Positions 58,172 through 64,000 of a stretch of DNA of 64,000 nucleotides are shown here, in pieces. The notes under the pieces are model-generated. The model saw only the letters and a program-made list of their open reading frames with translations, had not been told where the DNA came from and ran no database searches. Source of the DNA: Verrucomicrobiota bacterium (GTDB taxonomy: Bacteria; Verrucomicrobiota; Verrucomicrobiia; Limisphaerales; CANJXF01). How positions within the stretch are numbered: the stretch's first letter is position 1; every line of letters starts with the position of its first letter. Where the stretch lies: NCBI GenBank assembly GCA_038214755.1, contig JBBQRQ010000008.1, forward strand, positions 19,013 through 83,012. The letters are read 5' to 3'. A program made the position numbers and the translations under genes.

Positions 58172-61100
58172 TTGAAAAAACACCGACCGCCAAAATCAAC
58201 CGCGCCATTGGACGCCTTCGCCCCCGCCGTCCGCGAATGGTTTTCCGGTTCTTTTCCCGAACCGACCGAAGCCCAAACCAAGGGTTGGCCGCCCATCATC
58301 GCCGGTAAATCAACTTTGCTTCTCGCCCCGACTGGTTCTGGCAAAACGCTGGCCGCGTTTCTTGCTGCGATTAACAAGTTGATGTTTTCGCCCGAGCCGC
58401 CAAAAAAAGAGCGGTGCCGGATACTTTACATTTCCCCGCTCAAAGCGCTCGCCGTCGATGTCGAGAGAAACTTACGCGCCCCCATTGCCGGAATCGCGGC
58501 GGTGGCGGGTCGGCGTGGCGATAAATTTCGACTGCCGACACTCGCGATTCGCTCCGGCGACACTTCACAAAAAGAACGGGCACAAATTTCCCGCACACCG
58601 CCAGATATTTTAATCACCACGCCGGAATCGCTTTACCTTTTGCTCACTTCGGCGGCGCGAGAAATGTTGCGCTCCATCGAAACGGTTATCGTGGATGAAA
58701 TTCATTCGCTCGTGGCGACCAAGCGAGGTTCACATCTGTTCCTTTCGCTTGAACGTCTCGAAGAAATTCGTCACGGACAAAAATCCTCTTTGCAACGCAT
58801 CGGTCTCTCCGCCACGCAACGGCCATTGGAGGAAGTCGCCCGTCTCCTCGGCGGCGGCGAAATTAAAAAGGAAAAATGGACTTCTCGTCCCGTGGAAATT
58901 ATCGACGCCGGGCGAAAAAAGTTTCTGGAAATATCCGTCGAAGTTCCGGTCGAAGACCTGGCCAGGCTCGGCGAGATGGAAGAGATTCCCTCCGGCCCCG
59001 CGTCCGCCGGGCCAAAACGAAAATCCATCTGGCCATCGATTTACCCGCGTCTCGTCGAACACGTCCGCGCGCACAAATCGACCATGATTTTTGTAAACAG
59101 CCGCCGACTCGCCGAACGATTGGCCAATGCGCTCAACGAACTTGCCGCCGAAGAAATCGCGCTCGCTCATCACGGTTCCGTCGCGCGCGAAAAACGTGCG
59201 GAAATCGAAGACCGCCTCAAACGCGGCACACTCCCGGCCATCGTCGCCACGTCGTCACTCGAACTCGGCATCGATATGGGTGCGGTCGATCTCGTCATTC
59301 AAATCGAAGCGCCGCCGAGCATCGCCTCTGGTCTGCAACGAATCGGTCGCGCCAATCACAATGTGGGCGGAACCTCCGCCGGAATTATTTTTCCCAAATA
59401 TCGCGGCGACCTTCTCGCCGCCGCCGCCGCCGTCGGCCACATGCTCGATGGAAAAATTGAAGCGACTTTTTATCCGCGCAATCCGCTCGACGTTCTCGCG
59501 CAACAAATCGTCGCTATCGCCGCGATGGACACGGTGAACGTGGAGGCGCTTTATCATTTGGTATGCCGCGCCGCGCCGTTCGCCGAACTGCCCCGAACGT
59601 CGTTTGAAGGTGTGCTCGATATGTTGAGCGGTCGTTATCCGTCGGATGAATTCGCCGAATTGCGTCCGCGAATTATTTGGGACCGCGTCGGGGAAACCGT
59701 TCGCGCGCGACAAGGCGCCAAACAAATGGCCGTCGTCAACGCGGGCACAATTCCTGATCGCGGGCTTTACGGAGTTTTTCTCGTCAACGGCGACGCGAAA
59801 CACAGCCGGCGCGTCGGCGAACTCGACGAGGAAATGGTTTTTGAATCCAAGCCGGGCGACATTTTTCTCCTCGGCGCTTCGTCGTGGCGCATCGAAGACA
59901 TCACGCACGACCGCGTTCTCGTTTCGCCTGCTCCCGGTCAACCGGGCAAAATGCCGTTCTGGCACGGCGACCGTCCGGGGCGTCCTCTGGATTTTGGAAA
60001 AGTCATCGGCGAACTTTCTCGCACGTTGCTCAATCGTTCCCGCAAAGAAGCGCTCAAGAGTTTGGCTGAAACAAATCACCTCGACGAAAAAGCCGCGCGC
60101 AACCTCCTCGAATATCTGCGTGAGCAAGCCGAAGCCACCGGCGAACTTCCAAGCGATCGCACCATCGTGGTCGAACGTTTTCTCGATGAACTTGGCGATT
60201 GGCGCATTTGTATTCTGTCGCCGTTCGGCGCGCGCGTTCATGCGCCGTGGGCCACTGCCGTCGTCGCGAAATGGCGAGCGCAGAGCGACAGCGAAATCGA
60301 CATGATCTGGTCCGACGACGGAATGGTTTTTCGTTTGCCGGAAACAGAAAATCCGCCGGACGTTTCGATTTTCATTCCGACCGCCGAGGAGATTGAAAGT
60401 CTTGTCGTCGGCAATCTCGGACAAACTTCTTTGTTCGCCGCAAAATTTCGCGAGAACGCCGCGCGCGCTTTGCTCCTGCCGCGCCGCCGCGCCGGTCAAC
60501 GTTCTCCGCTTTGGGCGCAACGCAAGCGCGCCTCCGATTTGTTGAGCGTCGCCGCGAAATACGGTTCGTTCCCAATTTTGCTCGAAACGTATCGCGAATG
60601 TTTGCGCGACGTTTTCGATTTGCCGGGCTTGACCGATTTATTGAAACGCATCGCCACCCGCCAGATTCGCATCGTCACCGTGGACTCGCGCACGCCGTCG
60701 CCTTTCGCGTCGTCGCTGCTTTTTTCTTACGTCGCGAATTTTATTTATGGCGACGATGCGCCTCTCGCGGAACGCCGCGCGCAGGCTCTTTCCATCGATC
60801 AATCGCAATTGAAAGAACTTTTGGGCGAAGCTGAACTGCGCGAGTTGCTCGACGCCGCCGCCATCGAGGAACACGAAAAACATTTGCAACGTCTCGATGA
60901 CGCACCGCCGATTCGCCACGCCGATGCGTTGCATGGATTGCTTTTGCTGCTTGGCGATTTGAGCGAGAAAGAAATTTTGCGCCGCGCTGGAAAAGAAAAA
61001 TCGGAAAAGGAAATTTCAATTTTTCTCAAACAGCTTTCGACCGAGAAACGAATCATTCCACTCACCGTCGCTGGTGAAAAACGTTTTGGCGCCGCCGAAG

Positions 61101-62851
61101 ATGCCGCTCGGTTTCGCGACGCGCTTGGCATCGTCACTCCGCTCGGTTTGCCCGAAGCCTTTTTGCAAACAGTGAAAGATCCGCTCGGCGATTTGGTTTC
61201 CCGCTACGCGCGTAAGCATGGGCCTTTTCCAATCGAAAATCTCGCCGCGCGATTTGGACTCGGTGTTGCGCCGGTTCGCGCCGCGCTGGATCGACTCGCT
61301 GCCGCCGACCGCGTGCTCGAAGGAGAATTTCTTCCCGGCGGCCGTGGACGCGAATGGTGCGACGCGGAAGTTTTGCGCGCGATCAAGCGCCGTTCGCTCG
61401 CCCGGCTGCGCAAGCAAATCGAACCAGTCGAACCCGCCGCGCTCGGAAGATTTCTCATCGATTGGCAAGGCATCGCGCACCCGCGACTCGGCCTGGACAA
61501 TTTGCTTTCCGTCATCGAACAACTGCAAGGCGCGCCGCTTCCCGCCTCTGTTTTGGAAAACGAAATTCTGCCCGCGCGCATCAAAAATTTTTCTCGCGCC
61601 GATTTGGATTTGCTCTGCGCGGCGGGCGAAGTGATCTGGCGCGGAGTCGAGCCGCTGGGCGCGCACGATGGACGCATCGCGCTTTATTTGACTGACCGTT
61701 ATCAACTGCTCGCTCCATTGACCACGCAAACCGAAGGCGAACTGGAAGTGAAAATCCGCGAACTTCTTTCCCAACGCGGCGCGCTTTTCTTTTCTGATTT
61801 GCTCACGGAAACCGGCGCGTTTTCCGGCGATTTGCTCGCGGCCCTTTGGAACCTGGTTTGGGCTGGCGAAGTTTCCAACGACACGCTTGCGCCAATGCGC
61901 GCCACGCTCGGCGGAAAAACTGAAAAACGAAAAACATTTCGCGGACGTTCCTTTCGTTCGCGGAGAGTTGGCCCGCCCGGCAGCGAAGGCCGCTGGACAT
62001 TGTTGCCAAGAATCGCATCAACGACAGGGGGAGCGCAGGCGTCTCGCCTGCAGTTTTCGGCGCCCTCGCCGAAAATCCCTAATCTGCGCGGCGAGACGCC
62101 GCGCAATGCAGCCGGGACGGCCGCGCTCCCGACCGAGACCGAGCGTCGCACTGCGCTTGCTCATCAACTTCTCGAACGTTACGGCATCGTGACCCGCGAA
62201 GCCGTTCAGGCCGAAGGCATCGCCGGCGGATTCTCCTCTGTTTACGAGGTGCTCAAAGCGATGGAGGAAAGCGGCCGGGTGCGTCGCGGATATTTTATCG
62301 CTGGACTCGGCGCGACCCAGTTCGCTTTGCCTGGCGCGGATGAGCGCTTGCGCGCTTTGCGAGAAGAGCCAGAAGAATCGCGCACCGTCATTCTCGCCGC
62401 CACTGATCCGGCGAATCCCTACGGCGCATCCGTTTCCTGGCCGCAGAAAAATGAGAAGCCCACTTCAGACGGCGAGGTAAAAGACAACGGCGAAATTGTT
62501 TCACGTCCGCAGCGTGCAACGGGCGCGCGCGTGATTTTGAAAAATGGTTTGCTCATCGCGTGGCTTGCGAAGAACGAAAACAATTTGCTCACATTTTTGC
62601 CGGAAGCCGAGCCGGCGAAAAGTTATGCGGCAGAAGCAATCGTGCTGACCCTGACAGAATTGATTGAAAGGGAAACACGTCGCGCCGTCTTAGTTTCAGC
62701 GGTGGACGGACAGCCGCCGCACCAATCGTTTCTCGCTTCCTATTTCTCAGCGGCAGGTTTTGTTCAAACCAGTCGTGGCTTTTTCAAACGCCGCGCGTCG
62801 GTGGAAGGAAAGATGATTTATGAGACGACAATAGGAACGCCGATCTCCTGA
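58172..62851 (+). CDS. lhr: Lhr DEAD/DEAH-box helicase, full-length with C-terminal glycosylase-like domain
   Basis: APTGSGKT, ITTPESL, VDEIH, GLSAT, AHHGS, LQRIGRA, GELDEE, RRGYF..LGA.QFA; TTG start chosen. Confidence 0.93.
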   Translation: MKKHRPPKSTAPLDAFAPAVREWFSGSFPEPTEAQTKGWPPIIAGKSTLLLAPTGSGKTLAAFLAAINKLMFSPEPPKKERCRILYISPLKALAVDVERNLRAPIAGIAAVAGRRGDKFRLPTLAIRSGDTSQKERAQISRTPPDILITTPESLYLLLTSAAREMLRSIETVIVDEIHSLVATKRGSHLFLSLERLEEIRHGQKSSLQRIGLSATQRPLEEVARLLGGGEIKKEKWTSRPVEIIDAGRKKFLEISVEVPVEDLARLGEMEEIPSGPASAGPKRKSIWPSIYPRLVEHVRAHKSTMIFVNSRRLAERLANALNELAAEEIALAHHGSVAREKRAEIEDRLKRGTLPAIVATSSLELGIDMGAVDLVIQIEAPPSIASGLQRIGRANHNVGGTSAGIIFPKYRGDLLAAAAAVGHMLDGKIEATFYPRNPLDVLAQQIVAIAAMDTVNVEALYHLVCRAAPFAELPRTSFEGVLDMLSGRYPSDEFAELRPRIIWDRVGETVRARQGAKQMAVVNAGTIPDRGLYGVFLVNGDAKHSRRVGELDEEMVFESKPGDIFLLGASSWRIEDITHDRVLVSPAPGQPGKMPFWHGDRPGRPLDFGKVIGELSRTLLNRSRKEALKSLAETNHLDEKAARNLLEYLREQAEATGELPSDRTIVVERFLDELGDWRICILSPFGARVHAPWATAVVAKWRAQSDSEIDMIWSDDGMVFRLPETENPPDVSIFIPTAEEIESLVVGNLGQTSLFAAKFRENAARALLLPRRRAGQRSPLWAQRKRASDLLSVAAKYGSFPILLETYRECLRDVFDLPGLTDLLKRIATRQIRIVTVDSRTPSPFASSLLFSYVANFIYGDDAPLAERRAQALSIDQSQLKELLGEAELRELLDAAAIEEHEKHLQRLDDAPPIRHADALHGLLLLLGDLSEKEILRRAGKEKSEKEISIFLKQLSTEKRIIPLTVAGEKRFGAAEDAARFRDALGIVTPLGLPEAFLQTVKDPLGDLVSRYARKHGPFPIENLAARFGLGVAPVRAALDRLAAADRVLEGEFLPGGRGREWCDAEVLRAIKRRSLARLRKQIEPVEPAALGRFLIDWQGIAHPRLGLDNLLSVIEQLQGAPLPASVLENEILPARIKNFSRADLDLLCAAGEVIWRGVEPLGAHDGRIALYLTDRYQLLAPLTTQTEGELEVKIRELLSQRGALFFSDLLTETGAFSGDLLAALWNLVWAGEVSNDTLAPMRATLGGKTEKRKTFRGRSFRSRRVGPPGSEGRWTLLPRIASTTGGAQASRLQFSAPSPKIPNLRGETPRNAAGTAALPTETERRTALAHQLLERYGIVTREAVQAEGIAGGFSSVYEVLKAMEESGRVRRGYFIAGLGATQFALPGADERLRALREEPEESRTVILAATDPANPYGASVSWPQKNEKPTSDGEVKDNGEIVSRPQRATGARVILKNGLLIAWLAKNENNLLTFLPEAEPAKSYAAEAIVLTLTELIERETRRAVLVSAVDGQPPHQSFLASYFSAAGFVQTSRGFFKRRASVEGKMIYETTIGTPIS
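62029..62130. repeat. 102-bp palindromic element inserted in frame in lhr
   Basis: gggagcgcaggcgtctcgcctgca...tgcagccgggacggccgcgctccc with two internal hairpins. Confidence 0.8.
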
Positions 62852-62915
62852 TCGGCCAGAGCGAACATGAAACAAAAATCTTTTTTCGAGCCGATCGGGA
62901 GATCGGCGTTCCTAT
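62831..62915. repeat. REP doublet (ggaacgccgatctcc family) overlapping the lhr stop
   Basis: ataggaacgccgatctcctga...ggagatcggcgttcctat. Confidence 0.85.
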
Positions 62916-62953
62916 GTATGGCGCTAAAGCCACGGTGTTAATGAGAAAGCCGC

Positions 62954-63751
62954 ATGCCTGAGGGCGATACCATTTTTCGCGCGGCCCAAACTTTGCAAAA
63001 AGTTCTGGGCGGCCAAACCCTCACCGGCTTCCGAGCGTCATGGCCGAAACTTCGCGACGTCGAGCTTGTCGGCAGGCGTGTGGAAAAAGTCGAGCCGCGC
63101 GGGAAAAATCTCCTGATGCACTTCGACGATGGCCGCGTCTTGCACACCCACATGATGATGACAGGTTCCTGGCACATTTATCGTCACGGCGAAAGCTGGC
63201 AAAAGCCTGAACGCATGGCGCTCGTCGTTTTGGAAACAGAAAAATTTGTCGCAGTTTGTTTCAACGCGCCCGTCGTTGAACTTCTTTCGCCCCTGCAACT
63301 GCGCCGAAATAAAAATCTTTCTTCTCTCGGCCCCGATCTTCTCGCCAAAGATTTTGATTTGGAAGAAGCGCTCCGCCGATTGCGTGAGCGCCGCGGAATG
63401 GAAATTGGCGAAGCTTTGCTCGCGCAACGGGTAGTCGCAGGAATAGGAAACATCTACAAATGCGAAGCGCTTTTTCTTTGCCGCGTGAATCCGTTTGCCA
63501 AAGTCGCCGAGCTTTCCGATGAAGATTTGAAACGCCTCATTCTCGAGGCGCAAAAATGGATGTCCGCCAATCTCCGTGGAGGAATGCGAATGACCCGTCC
63601 GGCGCTGATGGGAAAGCGCCTCTGGGTCTATGGCCGCAGCGGTGAACCTTGTTTTAAATGCGGCGCACAAATCAAAATGAAACGCCAGGGCCAAGCGATG
63701 CGTTCCACTTATTTCTGTCCGCAGTGTCAGAACTTGAAGCCGCAACCCTAA
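62954..63751 (+). CDS. nei: Fpg/Nei-family DNA glycosylase (endonuclease VIII-like)
   Basis: N-terminal PEG, RGKNLL, H2TH AGIGNIYKCE, zinc finger CFKC...CPQC. Confidence 0.92.
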   Translation: MPEGDTIFRAAQTLQKVLGGQTLTGFRASWPKLRDVELVGRRVEKVEPRGKNLLMHFDDGRVLHTHMMMTGSWHIYRHGESWQKPERMALVVLETEKFVAVCFNAPVVELLSPLQLRRNKNLSSLGPDLLAKDFDLEEALRRLRERRGMEIGEALLAQRVVAGIGNIYKCEALFLCRVNPFAKVAELSDEDLKRLILEAQKWMSANLRGGMRMTRPALMGKRLWVYGRSGEPCFKCGAQIKMKRQGQAMRSTYFCPQCQNLKPQP

Positions 63752-63764
63752 AGAGAAACGCTCG

Positions 63765-63800
63765 CCCTCACCCCCGGCCCTCTCCCCCGAGGAGAGGGAG
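63765..63800. repeat. REP-like hairpin (CCCTCACCC..CCCTCTCC..GGAGAGGG type)
   Basis: Stem ccctctcc/ggagaggg just after the nei stop. Confidence 0.6.
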
Positions 63801-64000
63801 AATCGTTTGGTGCGTTTTGGCGTTGCAGAGTAGTTCGGGTATTGTGCGCTTCTTTCGCGAATAGCCAGAAGGCTGGAATAATACAAAGGACTTTCGAACT
63901 TTGCACAAAGACGGCCATGGCTCCTCCCTCTTGTATGTTTGTTTTCATCTTTCTTGTTTGGCTTTCCGCCGAACGGGAAGATGGGGCCGCCGGCCCCCCC

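Noticed and set aside
63748..63948. 66-aa ORF at the window end
   Set aside because: No recognisable motif, its C-terminus is REP-derived and its context is cut off by the window edge.

Overview
About 54 protein-coding genes and gene relics plus one tRNA from a bacterial chromosome. It is most likely Verrucomicrobiota/PVC, inferred from a PSD1/planctomycete cytochrome c protein, a prepilin/H-X9-DG-type protein, a PQQ-type propeller and a long PilM-PilN fusion. Core genes: RecQ-PRTase plus DprA pair (RqlH/RqlI-like), aldehyde dehydrogenase, NDH-2, pyruvate carboxylase, an A1-type cytochrome c oxidase operon, lptFG, allC/uraH, sufT, mtnP, and lhr-nei. Accessory content: five intact type II toxin-antitoxin pairs plus relics, a secreted DUF6345-like protein cassette, a 1916-aa Cys-rich Ig-repeat surface protein with neighbouring hydrolases, and a degraded pilus fragment at tRNA-Lys. 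Two sequence-level patterns stand out. (1) Accessory cassettes repeatedly sit between a housekeeping gene and an orphan, diverged copy of that gene's own terminus: the ALDH 3' end, the Gfo/Idh/MocA 3' end, both ends of pyc, and the ctaF 5' end. No intact integrase or transposase is present in the window, which suggests gene-end-anchored cassette acquisition. (2) There is a dense and diverse set of REP/REPIN/MITE-like palindromic elements that nest inside each other and are inserted in frame inside ALDH and Lhr. No CRISPR array, rRNA, reverse transcriptase or intact transposase was seen. Family assignments come from motif recognition by eye, not from database searches.
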